Part shown: positions 40,835-53,161 of the stretch, piece after piece
Layout of the letters: the number at the start of each line of letters is the position of its first letter
Position numbering within the stretch: the first letter of the stretch is position 1
Assembly (NCBI GenBank): GCA_951406725.2
Contig: OX597822.1
Location: 14,322,001 to 14,386,000 of the forward strand
Direction: 5' to 3'
Length of the DNA: 64,000 bases
Source of the DNA: Octopus vulgaris
Lineage: Eukaryota
Translations under genes and position numbers: made by a program
Notes under the pieces: model-generated
Seen by the model: only the letters and a program-made list of their open reading frames with translations
Told to the model about the DNA's origin: nothing
Databases searched by the model: none

Positions 40835-41050
40835 CTGAGTTGTTAGCTGGCAGAATGGCTAGCACGCCTGACAAAACACGTAGCTTCATGTCATTGGTCT
40901 TTAAATTCTGAGTTCAAATTCTTCCGTTGTCGACTTTGCCCTTCATCCTTTCGAGGTCGATAATACTCGTACCAGTTGAGCTCAGGGTTTGATGTAATTG
41001 ACTAGCTTCCTCCTTTCTAAATTTTGAGCCTTGTGTCTTTAGAAGAAAAG
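40835..41050 (+). mobile_element. SINE family B copy (degenerate)
   Basis: gctggcagaatggctagcacgcc...ttctgagttcaaatt...ttcatcctttcgaggtcgat. Confidence 0.7.
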
Positions 41051-41091
41051 GAATATTATCGTGGATTTGATGGCGAAGTTTACAGATATTG

Positions 41092-41557
41092 TAAGCGGCT
41101 GACCTCCTTTGTTCGAAGGTTATAATGGACACAGTTTGTGTGTCAAATAGCTATCTTAAGGCGATGGCCTCATGGAGCTAATCAGCGACAGCTTTTAGTC
41201 TTATATCTATAAGACTGCCATATTAATATGGCGATAACAATTAATTTCCAGTAACGCTGCCGTAATCTCTTTTAGAGAGACTTAGTAATTTTAATATTTC
41301 TATTATTGAAAACAAGTGGATGTATTCCACCGAAACTAGGTAAATAAAACCTTCGAACAGAGACGATCAGTGGCGACACCTGCTGGGTCAACTACGCTAC
41401 ATTGACAAAGGGCAAATACCCTGAAACGCGTCTGTAGCTGTCTGACTAGCAGTGTGAAGCGGCTGACCTCCCTTGTTCGAAGGTTATAATGGAGCTAATC
41501 AGCGACAGCTTTTAGTCTTATATCTATAAGACTGCCATATTAATATGGCGATAACAA

Positions 41558-41561
<4 letters not shown>
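41092..41561 (+). repeat. Partial tandem repeat (about 365-bp period) with a decayed hammerhead at 41394-41438
   Basis: aagcggctgacctcc.ttgttcgaaggttataatgga at 41093 and 41457; gctaca-ttgacaa-aggg-caaata-ccct-GAAA-cgcg-TC-tgtagc with perfect stem I and mutated CUGANGA. Confidence 0.7.
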
Positions 41562-41610
<49 letters not shown>

Positions 41611-42164
41611 ATATATATTTTGTTATTGAACGTTGATATGTTCACGTCTTTTTTCTAGATGTTTACAAGTTCAGGACTTCAACCAACAAGGATCTACGCA
41701 GGATTGCACCTAGGGACTTATGGACTTATTACTCCAACATCGGAAAGTTGAATTGTGACCTTGTATGCTTCTTTTATCTTCTCTCTTCCTTCATCTCCTT
41801 ATTCTTTACTCCTGTCCTCATTGTCGTCATTTCATTAATCTACACTCTTTTCATTTTCCCTATTTGTCTCTGATGACGGATTATCACATATTTTGGGATA
41901 TTCTTAAAACAGCTGCAAGATTTTGAATTTCTTCCTATAATAATATTGTATATGACTTGAGATGTTTGTCTTGCCTTAATGTTTGCTCTCCTGTTTAACA
42001 ATTTTATATCCGCTGAATCGGAGATCTGCAATGGCTCCGTAACTACCGTCTCGGCTATAACCTTGGAGCCCTGCTAGTAATCTGTTACAGCACCTACCTA
42101 GCATACCTAATCGTTTAGATCACCTGTGAATAAAACTCCTATATTTTGTATATATATATAAAAG

Positions 42165-42475
42165 TAGTTGAATGAATTATCTTATTATGGATAATTCGGT
42201 TAACCGATACCTGGGAAGCAAATACGCGTCAGAAAAACACGGTTGAAGCTACATGCCTAGGGCAGAGATCACGTGCTTTCGTGTGGAAATTTGTGTGTTT
42301 TTTTAAATACAAATAAATGAAAGAATGGAGTTGAGCGACGAATTAACAAAATTCCTTTATTTTCGACATATGTTTCGAAGGCTGCATATTCCTAATTCCT
42401 TATTCCTCATTCCTTCGAAATTAGGAATATGCAGCCTTCGAAACATATAAAGGAATTTTGTTAATTCGTCGTTCA

Positions 42476-42478
<3 letters not shown>
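42165..42478. mobile_element. Penelope pLTR-like repeat folded back on itself (family of 1990-2290 and 12595-12860)
   Basis: cgacgaattaacaaaattccttta..atatgtttcgaaggctgcatattcctaatt is inverted as aattaggaatatgcagccttcgaaacatat.aaaggaattttgttaattcgtcg; only the GAAA-catatg-TC half of the hammerhead remains. Confidence 0.7.
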
Positions 42479-42511
<33 letters not shown>

Positions 42512-43006
42512 AACATTACCAACCACATATATTCAATGCATACTCTCCGTCTATTTGCCGGCAGGCTGACCTCTGGTGTGGTGGAGAATACTCTCTCCAA
42601 GCGCCGGGTGTCAAAACGCCTAAAGGTCATGGACAAGCGAGATTATTCACCTTTAATCTCGTCAAGGAGTGATGGACATCGACGTTTCGCCATTTTCGTG
42701 ACTTATGAACATCACGACCCCGAACAGAATCAGAGATGAACCATTTCTCATACATAATACATACATAATACATGCATGCATACATACTTACATACATACA
42801 TACACACACACATACATACATACATACATACATCAGAGACAAATAGGGAAAATGAAAAAAGGTAACTACCGAAGAAACTACACCGTTATTATAGTAGGGT
42901 TGCAAATGCAACGTCTACTAATCAATGCAGTAGAAACATGTGTAGGTCTATTTGAAACTGCGTGTATATATATATAAAGGAATTAAAAGTAATTCTCTGC
43001 TACTAC

Positions 43007-43007
<1 letters not shown>

Positions 43008-43092
<85 letters not shown>

Positions 43093-43110
43093 TATTATTA
43101 TTATTATTAC

Positions 43111-43159
<49 letters not shown>

Positions 43160-43160
43160 G

Positions 43161-43192
<32 letters not shown>

Positions 43193-43389
43193 GTTGTTGT
43201 TGTTTTCTCTTTATCACAGGTTTTGTTGGAGGTCATGGAGTCTTGCATGCCTAGCGGACTTACTACCTGCAACCTACTGTACCATGCTATTTGTTCTTTA
43301 TCATTCTTCTTCTTCTTCTTCTTCTTCTTCTTCTTCTTCTTCTTCTTCTTCTTCTTCTTCTTCTTCTTCTTCTTCTTCTTCTTCTTCTA

Positions 43390-43452
<63 letters not shown>

Positions 43453-43460
43453 CATTATTG
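43008..43460. repeat. Compound (TAA)n/(TTA)n/(TTG)n/(TTC)n tracts around a 95-bp unique island
   Basis: Direct inspection. Confidence 0.9.
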
Positions 43461-43855
43461 GTGATATATATATATATACATACATACGTCCATATCCATA
43501 TCCACACATATTTGTATATGCCTTGTCTTGAGCCCTCAGCACTTTAATATTTCCGACATCATTTGGGGTATGAAGATCTGCTTTTAGAATTCGTGGAGCA
43601 TATCCTACTTCTTCCAGGACGTGAGAGAAAAGTAAATAAATAAATAAGTAAAGAAAAAAAACAAAGAAGGAAAGAAAGAAAGAGAAGAGTAAACATCAAT
43701 AAAAGACTGGTGATGTATTTATCGACCCCGAAAAGATGAAAGGCAAAGTTGGCCTCGGCAGTGTTTGAACCCAAAACGTTGAGAATTGGAAAGATTATCG
43801 CAAAGCAATCTATCTTTCGCTCTAACGACCATGCCAATTAGTCGCTTACGCACAG

Positions 43856-43992
<137 letters not shown>

Positions 43993-44573
43993 TACACATA
44001 CACACACACATTAGGCTATATGGAAACGTATCATTTGCATATATTTATATGATTGCATTTATTCCCGTATATATGCGTATGTACACATCCCTACATAAAA
44101 ACATCACACACACATATTTGTGTGTGTGTGTGTGTGTGTGTGTGTGAGTGTGTGTTGGAAGTATATATGCACACATATACGCATGTACATATATGTAGAC
44201 AGATAGCTAGGTGATAGCTTTTTGTATTGCTCCAAGCATTTAGATATTCGGTTCAACAAGCTGTTACTCAACGCAGATCTTGTGCGCACGCGCGTGGCCA
44301 CGTGTTCTTAATCCAACTAGCATAGGATATTTGTTTCATACACACATGCGTACACCCTCTTACAAATGCTGACTGTCATAACCAACACACACACCCGCAC
44401 GCACACACACAATCCCGTAAATAAACCAACAGACGCATGCGCGTATTACACTCACACTTTATATACATACATGTATACACACACACACACATATATATGC
44501 ATATATAAATCTATCTATCTATCTATCTATCTATCTAATATATCTATATCTATCTATCTATCTATCTATCTGT

Positions 44574-44616
<43 letters not shown>

Positions 44617-44618
44617 TA

Positions 44619-45897
44619 CAAGGGTTGGACAAAATAATGGAAACACCTAACATCATAGCATCGTAATTGTGAAATTTTTACTAAACTGTCAAAAGATAAT
44701 TTATTTTTATGTTTTTTGTTATTTATTATTAGTGTTACTTAATATGTTTTGTTAAAATTGCTGTTTCTTTTCAGATATCATCAGAAAAAGTTAATTAAAA
44801 TTCATTGAAATGACAGATCTATCGAACTTTCAAAGAGATCATATTGTTGGTGCTCGTATGGCAGGTGATAGCGTAACCAAAACACCCGAAATGTTTGGTG
44901 TATCAAGAAGTATTGTCTCGAAAGTAATGGCAGCCTTTGAGAAAGAGGGAAAAACCCCCTCGTCGAAACAACACTCCAGAAGAAACCCAAAACTTTCAGA
45001 TAGGGACCGTCGGACTCTTACACGAATTGTTAGAAAGGATCACAAAACTACACCGCCGATCACAAAACTACACTACAGAGCTTAATGTCCACCTCGAGAA
45101 CCCAGTTTCCACAGAAACTGTTCGCCGGGAGCTACACAAAGCCAGATTTCACGGGAGGGTCGCAATCAGAAAATCACTACTTTAAAAAACAAGCGTTGCA
45201 AAGCGTTTAGAGTGGAGTAAAAACCTACCGAATTCGTCCCTAGAGCAGTGGAAGAATGTTATTTTTTCTCGGGCGAGTCATCCCTTACCTTATTTCCGAC
45301 CACCAGCTGTGTATACGTGTGGAGACAGCCAAAAGAAGCATTTGACCCAGACTGCCTTCTTGTAACTGTTAAACATGGAAGGGGATCTGTGATGTTCTGC
45401 TGTATCTTGGAAATCCTCCGGCCCAATGGTTTCCCTTCATGGCAGAATTAATAGTTAAGACTATTTAGGCATTTTATCTGATCAAATTCATCCTAGATTT
45501 GCGGAACTGTTTCTGGAGGGAAATGCAATCTTTCAGGATAATAATGCATCAATAAACTCAGCTTAAGTTGTTACTGAATGGCACAAGGAACATTCTAGTG
45601 AAGTTGAACATCTTATCTGGGCACCAGAGTTCCCAGATCTCAGTATTATTGAACATTTATGGTGCATTTTAGAAAAGCAAGTAATGAGTCGATATCCTCC
45701 GCCATCATCACTACAAGAACTGGAGACTGTTTTAGCTGAAGAATGGTAAAAAATTCCATTGGAAACAGTTCAAACTTTCTACGAGTCCATACCTCGCAGA
45801 ATTCTCGCTGTAATTACTGAAAAAGGCGGCATTACTCTATATTAAAATAAATTTGTTTGAAATTTGAAGGTGTTTCCATTATTCTGTCCAACCTCTG
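44619..45897 (+). mobile_element. Full-length decayed Tc1-like transposon
   Basis: TIRs caagggttggacaaaataatggaaacacct / aggtgtttccattattctgtccaacctctg, TA flanks, 1279 bp; DLSNFQRDHIVGAR, TVRRELH, TVKHGRGSVM, FQDNNA, PDLSIIEHLW. Confidence 0.92.
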
Positions 45898-46164
45898 TAT
45901 ATATATATAACAATACATATATATATATATGTATTGTTATAAAAGTCACCAAAATAGGAGGCAGATATATATACACGAGTCTACCCCATCTAAGCCTCGG
46001 ATCTATATATCGTAAATTTTCGAATTGTTACCCTTATATTGATTGATTAATATTTGCTGCGGAGTAGATGGCGCGATTACGGTGAATTCGAAAATTTACG
46101 ATATATAGATCCGAGGCTTAGATGGTGTAGCCTCGTGTATATATATCTGCCTCCTATTTTGGTG

Positions 46165-46260
46165 ACTTTGCTGACGAGACAAGCCAAGCGTAAACGGATT
46201 TAATTTAATTTAATTAAATTTGATTGCGTGAAGATGTTGAAACCTTGCAGGGTACAAAGT
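46165..46260 (+). ncRNA. Type I hammerhead ribozyme, copy 1 of the 480-bp array
   Basis: actttg-CTGACGA-gaca...tgtt-GAAA-ccttgcaggg-TA-caaagt; perfect stem I, 3-bp stem III with self-complementary tgca loop, GUA site after 46254. Confidence 0.85.
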
Positions 46261-46644
46261 TTGAAGGGGATAAATGTTTTTTATTTTCCTCTAGTTTCAG
46301 AATTACTATTTTTTACGGTTTTGAGTTTTAGCTGCTCTTTTCAAGTGAGTCGAACGACCTTCTCAGGGTCATTCCTTAATATTTTGTTGAATGTATCATA
46401 TAGTCTGTGACTATTTCTATTTTCTCACTTGACCGCTGGTGGGAGAAAATTTTTCTTGAATTTTTTGTTACCCTTATATTGATTGATCAATGAATTTTTG
46501 ACTAATTCTGAAATTTGTATCAGCAGCTTATATTTGCTGCGGAGTAGATGGCGCGATTACGGTGAATTCGAAAATTTACGATATATAGATTCGAGGCTTA
46601 GATGGTGTAGCCTCGTGTATATATATCTGCCTCCTATTTTGGTG

Positions 46645-46740
46645 ACTTTGCTGACGAGACAAGCCAAGGGTAAACGGATTTAATTTAATTTAATTAAATT
46701 TGATTGCGTGAAGATGTTGAAACCTTGCAGGGTACAAAGT
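46645..46740 (+). ncRNA. Type I hammerhead ribozyme, copy 2 of the 480-bp array
   Basis: Same core and stems as 46165-46260; predicted cleavage after 46734. Confidence 0.85.
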
Positions 46741-47572
46741 TTGAAGGGGATAAATGTTTTTTATTTTCCTCTAGTTTCAGAATTACTATTTTTTGCGGTT
46801 TTGAGTTTTAGCTGCTCTTTTCAAGTGAGTCGAACGACCTTCTCAGGGTCATTCCTTAATATTTTGTTGAATGTATCATATAGTCTGTGACTATTTCTAT
46901 TTTCTCACTTGACCGCTGGTGGGAGAAAATTTTTCTTGAATTTTTTGTTACCCTTATATTGATTGATTTATGTATTGTTATATATATATGTTTATGCATA
47001 TATACATATATGCACATACATACATATCTACTTATCTGCACACAGACACAAACGCACATACAGACATATTTGTGTGTGCGTGTGTGTATGTGTATATGTA
47101 CTATTTGTGCGTGTGTGTGTATGCATGTATATATATATATATACTACGTATTTATGTACATGTACATATGCGCGCATATGTACTGAGCAATAAGTTGCGA
47201 TGCTCAGCACATGTAATACATTATGACCACATGAGAGCTCCATCCTGTCCCTCCCTCCCCACCAACAACATCAGGTGTTATGGATCCATCGAAAATATAA
47301 GACAATATGTGCGTGAGTTTGTGTCTGCATGTGTACGTGTACTTTTAATGTTATTCTCCGACAGAATCAATATGACATAAGGTAACAGGCTGTACCTAAG
47401 AGTCACAGGTGTAATCCACTCGATGGGCTTCAGTACAGTTTCCCTCGGCCACTTTTAGTCCAACTGAGCCTTTAGAAAGTGACATTTATCCAATGCGTCA
47501 TGTAGTTTAAATCGATCACTTGACCATGTGTTTGAGAAGGAAACTTATTTCTACACTACAGCTATACACATC

Positions 47573-47607
<35 letters not shown>

Positions 47608-48031
47608 ACACACACAGAAACACATACCCGCACACACATATAAATATAAATATATATATGTCTACTACATATGTAGGAAATTCTATATGTGAGTGTTTTT
47701 GTGGAGTTGTTAGCTAACTCCTCCAACATCGTTTGATGAAACTTGACACGTGAATAGAACTCATATCTGGATACCTCATGGCATACTCAGATTGTTGAGA
47801 AAGTCGATAATAGGGCCCCTGGAAGGCCTCGTTATATATATTATATATATTTCATTTTAAAAGTCAAGGTAAATAACCCATTCATTTTCCTAAGTTATTT
47901 GGTATAAATCAAATTGAGTATGCTTATTTCTTAGTATCTGAACTGTTAAAGTTATATACATATAACTGTGGGACTGAACCCTGAACTATATGGATGTTAA
48001 GCAAGCTACTTACCACACACACAGCCACTTC

Positions 48032-48091
<60 letters not shown>

Positions 48092-48100
48092 ATATATATA

Positions 48101-48153
<53 letters not shown>

Positions 48154-48288
48154 CACAAAAGATTGTACAGCAGCTAACCTGGCTCCATCAAACTCAAACT
48201 CGCAGATGGGACTATCCACAATACACAATACCACCACAGCAAATAGACCCAAGGTGGACACCGCCGGCAACAGCATACACCTCACCTC

Positions 48289-48958
48289 GATGCTCCTACT
48301 GAACATCAGAGGACTGCTAACACTCAGTAACAGGACAAAAATCCCGTTCTTGAGAGACTTTGTTGCATGCAATCAAGCCTTATGCATAGCACTTACGGAA
48401 ACACACCTGAAACCGGAGATAGCAGATGCGAAATTACACATACCACAGTATGTTGTACTACGAACCGACAGAAAAGAAAGGAGTCATGGAGGAGTTGCTA
48501 TGTACATCCGTGAGGACCTCACACCCCAGGTTCTTTTGTCATACTCAAACTCGATGTGTGACACACTAATTGTACACATAAGGCAACTTGGTGTAGTTGT
48601 GTGTGCTACATATCGTCCTTCAGATGCTCCAAGCTATGTGGGCAAGTTTGAAGACTGCCTTATAAAAATAGAAGTTCTAGTCACATTAGAGCAACACATA
48701 AGTGTACTTCTTATGGGAGACTTCAATCTACCCAATGTCAGATGGCCCGAGGGCCTTTCTCTCCCAGGAATGACACGATGTGAACGAGGACAGGCGAGGT
48801 CCCTCCTGAACCTCATCAACACCCTGTACATGGAGCAAGTAATACTCCAACCAACCAGGGCAGGTAACATACTGGATCTCTGCTTCACAAATAATATGGA
48901 TCTCATCCATAATGTGAAAGTGAGACACCGACACTACTCTCGGATCACAACATGGTAG
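48289..48958 (+). pseudogene. Apurinic-like endonuclease domain of LINE ORF2, frameshifted from the RT near 48925
   Basis: LLNIRGL, ALTETHL, DRKERSHGGVAMY, YRP, MGDFNLP, PTRAGNILDL; SDHNMV continues in the RT frame. Confidence 0.9.
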
Positions 48959-51237
48959 AGCTGACCATCTACGGGCCAAAGGAAAGCATGGACATGCAGC
49001 CTACAAAAAACTCTCAGAATCTCTCCAGCTTGAACTTCCATAAGGCAACCTGGAAACAGATTGAGAAAGAGATCCTCAAACAAAACTGGCCTGAATGTCT
49101 CTCCTCGCCAGACATCGACATGAAACTTCAACAATTCACGTCAGTAATGCAAGCCATATGCTACAAATGTGTCCCAGAGAGAAAGGCCAGTGTACACAAG
49201 AACAAAATCCCCAGAGAGAGGAAAATTTTAATGAGACGGCGTACAAATGTTTCAAATCGCCTAAACAAACAAATTGAAAGCAGTGAAAAGTCCCGCCTGA
49301 ACATAAAACTGTTGGAAATTGAAAAATGTCTGCAACTCTCCCATGAAAAGGAAAGAGCAGACAAAGAAGCCTGGGCTATAGACAACATAAAATCTAACCC
49401 CAGAGCTTTCTACAGGTATGCCAAAGAAACAGCTACGGTGCACTGTAGGATAGGGCCACTCCTTGAAAAGGATGGCAAACTCACAGAAAATCCAATGAGG
49501 GTAAGTGAAATACTAAATGAGCAATTCAAGAGTGTTTTCACTCCATCACTTGGGCATTTCCAAATCAGCAATCCAACTGACTTCTTTACCACTGCAGATA
49601 TAAAATCAGAGGCAGCGATGATTGATTACATCAATATAAAGGAAGACGATGTAATAAAGGCTATAGATGAAATGAAAACAAACTCAGCTACTGGCCCCGA
49701 TGGATTCCCGGCAATCCTTCTAAAAGTATGTAAGAGAGTCCTAGCAAGACCACTGCAGTTCCTCTTTCAGAGCTTCCTTGCAACTGGCAAACTTCCAAGA
49801 AAACTGAAGGAAGGTAAAATATGCCCTATTCATAAAGGAGGTAGCAGAGCGGAGGCCAAGAACTACAGACCTATCTCTCTGACCTCACACATCAGCAAGG
49901 TCATGGAACGAATAGTCAGAAGGAAACTAATCACCTTCCTTGAAGAAAATGACTTGCTGCCTGACACCCAACATGGTTTCCGACCAGGAAGAAGTTGCTT
50001 AACTCAGCTCCTACAACACTATGACTGGGTGCTGAAACGACTGCTCAACCACTCAAATGTGGAAGTGATATATCTCGACTTTGCAAAGGCCTTTGATAAA
50101 GTCGATCATGGAATGATATGTCACAAACTGCGTGATCTTGGCATAGTTGGAAAATTGGGAGAATGGCTTCATGACTTTCTGAAGGATAGAAGTCAGGTGG
50201 TAGTAGCCAATGGGGCCACTTCCATTAACACGCAAATAGTGAGCGGTGTTCCGCAGGGCACTGTTTTGGGACCACTACTGTTCATAATGGCCCTCTCAGA
50301 CATGCCCTCAGCCACGATCACAAGTTATGCAGATGATACAAAAGTTTCACAGGCAATACAGAACCCTGAAGACACTAAGCACCTGCAATGTGAGCTGGAC
50401 AAAATATACAAGTGGGCTGAAAAGAATAGCATGCAGTTCAATGCTGAAAAGTTTCAAGCTTTATGCTATCAGCATGCAAAACTAAATGCAATACCCAATG
50501 AATACACTGGACCCGGAGGGATTGCAATCCCAGAGGCACAATCAGTGCGTGACCTGGGTATTTACATGAGTGATGACGCAACCTTTCATGTACATGTTGC
50601 TAAATTGGCAATGAAATGTAGACGGCTGGCCGGATGGATTCTTAGAACCTTTAGAACAAGAGACCAAGAAACCATGATGGTCCTCTGGAGGACACTTGTC
50701 CTAAGCCACTTTGACTATTGCTCTCAGCTATGGTCACCATCCAGTGTCAAGTTGATCACAGAACTTGAGGCGATCCAACGAAGCTACACGAAGAAGATAG
50801 CCTCTGTGCAGCATATAAGCTACTGGGAAAGACTCAAGAGATTAAAACTCTATTCCTTGGAGCGTAGGCGAGAAAGATATGCCATAATATACATCTGGAA
50901 GATCCTGGAAGGACTTGTCCCAAACTTTGGCATCGAGAGTTACACAAATGCCAGAACTGGGCGCCACTGCGTGGTGCCAAGGACTCCAAATTTGCCATCA
51001 AGATGTAGGACAAGATACTGTGATAGCCTGGGCTTCAGAGGCCCACAGCTCTTCAATATCCTCCCGAAGAACCTGAGGGACCTGCATGGGGTGGATGCGG
51101 ATGTCTTTAAAGTAGGACTGGATCTCTTCCTGTCAGGTGTCCTGGATGAACCAACTTCACGGCAGGAGGTGCAGATGAGGGCAGCTGTATCGAACTCTCT
51201 CATGCACCAAATGGCAGTTGCTAAAAAGCATTCGTGA
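48952..51237 (+). CDS. Reverse transcriptase of CR1-group LINE ORF2 (761 aa uninterrupted)
   Basis: GPDG, NYRPISLTS, QHGFRPGRSC, YLDFAKAFDKVDH, SGVPQGTVLGPLLF, YADDTK, RDLG, DYCSQLWSP, LYSLERRR. Confidence 0.92.
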   Translation: MVELTIYGPKESMDMQPTKNSQNLSSLNFHKATWKQIEKEILKQNWPECLSSPDIDMKLQQFTSVMQAICYKCVPERKASVHKNKIPRERKILMRRRTNVSNRLNKQIESSEKSRLNIKLLEIEKCLQLSHEKERADKEAWAIDNIKSNPRAFYRYAKETATVHCRIGPLLEKDGKLTENPMRVSEILNEQFKSVFTPSLGHFQISNPTDFFTTADIKSEAAMIDYINIKEDDVIKAIDEMKTNSATGPDGFPAILLKVCKRVLARPLQFLFQSFLATGKLPRKLKEGKICPIHKGGSRAEAKNYRPISLTSHISKVMERIVRRKLITFLEENDLLPDTQHGFRPGRSCLTQLLQHYDWVLKRLLNHSNVEVIYLDFAKAFDKVDHGMICHKLRDLGIVGKLGEWLHDFLKDRSQVVVANGATSINTQIVSGVPQGTVLGPLLFIMALSDMPSATITSYADDTKVSQAIQNPEDTKHLQCELDKIYKWAEKNSMQFNAEKFQALCYQHAKLNAIPNEYTGPGGIAIPEAQSVRDLGIYMSDDATFHVHVAKLAMKCRRLAGWILRTFRTRDQETMMVLWRTLVLSHFDYCSQLWSPSSVKLITELEAIQRSYTKKIASVQHISYWERLKRLKLYSLERRRERYAIIYIWKILEGLVPNFGIESYTNARTGRHCVVPRTPNLPSRCRTRYCDSLGFRGPQLFNILPKNLRDLHGVDADVFKVGLDLFLSGVLDEPTSRQEVQMRAAVSNSLMHQMAVAKKHS

Positions 51238-51321
51238 AGTAAAATCATGCAGCAACACCAAATGGCGGTGCCCCCAGCAAGGCCACAGCTCGTGAGCTGA
51301 AACTAGATAAAATAAAAAATA

Positions 51322-51378
<57 letters not shown>

Positions 51379-51832
51379 GTTATATGTACACCCACATCTA
51401 TATACGCATATATACACACACACGCAGATGCATATGCGGATATTTATATGTATATACATGTTCGTATATGAGTGTTTTTATCGTGTCCTTTTTTATTAGA
51501 TAAATTTCTCTATAATAATAAATTATTGCTCACAAAGTATTACTGTTACGTTATTAAGCTCACTTTACCAAATCTTTTTGCATAAAAGAAATATTTTTTG
51601 TTATATATGCGAATTAATTATAACATTAATTACAGTGTGTATGTGCGTCTCTGTGTGTGGATACATGTATATACATACACAGAAACCTCTGTGTGTGTGC
51701 GTGTGTGTGTGTGCGCATATACGTGTGTGGTTTGATATATTTATGGATAAAAACATAATTGGAAGTGATTACAGTCGAAAAGACTTTACATGACTCTTGA
51801 GAAATTATGTACACATATGCAAATACGAATAT

Positions 51833-51943
<111 letters not shown>

Positions 51944-51982
51944 TATGTATATATAGTGTATATATATATATACACACATATA

Positions 51983-52019
<37 letters not shown>

Positions 52020-52331
52020 GCAAGTGTGCGCGCGTGTGTGCGACGAAAAAGGGATTTTGGGAAAGGGGATACGGACATACATAAGCAACAGCGAAACAAA
52101 CCCACGCATGCGCGCGTGCGTACATGCCCAAAACGAAAACGCAGAAATAAGTAATGGGAAGGAAAGAAAACCGGGTGAAGACAAAGGAAATCGGAAAAGT
52201 AGTTAAGGGAGGAGACGGGCAGCAGGTGGAGGTGGGGGGAGGGGAAATTGATGAGATCAAAAGTGAAAGGGGACACAATGACAGGTCATAGCTATTGCAC
52301 CAACTGCAGCGTAGTGTATAACTACATACAT

Positions 52332-52369
<38 letters not shown>

Positions 52370-52384
52370 TTGTCTATTCTAGGC

Positions 52385-52738
52385 TCATGACCCGAAATTT
52401 TGGAGGATGGGGCAATCGATTAGAACGACCCCAGTACGCATCTGGTACTTAATTTATCGACCTCGGTGGGATCTGGACTCTGAAGCTAAAGGCAGACGAA
52501 ATACCTATTTCTTTACTGTCCACAAGGGGCTAAACACGGAGAGGACAATCAAGGACAGATAAACAGATTAAGTCGATTATATCGACCCCAGTGCCTAACT
52601 GGTACTTATTTAATCGACCCCGAAAGGATGAAAGCCAAAGTCGACCTCGGCGATATTTGAACTCAGAACGTAATGACAAACGAAATACCGCTAAGCATTT
52701 CACCCGACGTGCTAACGTTTCTGCCAGCTCACCACCTT
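52385..52738 (-). mobile_element. SINE family B dimer-like copy
   Basis: Same monomer junction as 28150 (gacgaaatacc|tatttctttact); head gctaacgtttctgccagctc. Confidence 0.8.
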
Positions 52739-52775
<37 letters not shown>

Positions 52776-52878
52776 AAAATAGTAAAGAGTGAAAAAACGA
52801 CAGAAGGCTTAAATGTTAAAAAATATAACGGTATTTGGAAAAATTCAGAGAACATATCAAAGATATGCATGATTCACG

Positions 52879-53127
52879 CACCGACCAACCTTACAGTGAC
52901 AGATTCCTCTTAGCGCACTTGTGGATAACACCAGCCACTCTAAGTCTCTCTAAAGGAGACTACGGCAGCGGTACTGGATATCGCCAAGCTAACATGGCAG
53001 TCCAGAAAAATAGGACGAATGCTGCCGTTGATTACTTCCAAGAGGCCATCACCTCTAGCTAGCTATGTGACACACAAACCTGTGTCCATTATAACCTTCG
53101 AACAGAGGAGGTCATTATGTGTGTGTA

Positions 53128-53161
<34 letters not shown>

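Larger units (their letters stand above)
45941..46968 (+). repeat. Tandem array of a 480-bp non-coding unit (about 2 copies), one hammerhead per unit, preceded by an 85-bp inverted duplication
   Basis: 46050-46487 repeats at 46530-46967 with about 3 substitutions; 45941-46025 is the reverse complement of about 46086-46169. Confidence 0.95.
48151..51320 (+). mobile_element. CR1-group LINE: complete-looking ORF2 region plus short 3' UTR, no ORF1, flanked by (TA)n
   Basis: APE and RT domains (next two features); 3' stem-loop tail and A-rich end. Confidence 0.92.

Noticed and set aside
41845-42860. 30-bp inverted match (cattttccctatttgtctctgatg / catcagagacaaatagggaaaatg) as TIRs, and partial hammerhead halves at 41870 and 42675-42740
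   Set aside because: No TSD or transposase, and neither motif has both CUGANGA and a correctly placed GAAA with pairing stems.
46228-46890. Duplicated 60-aa ORFs (46228-46410 and 46708-46890)
   Set aside because: GTG starts inside the hammerhead, no domain; the duplication just reflects the 480-bp repeat.
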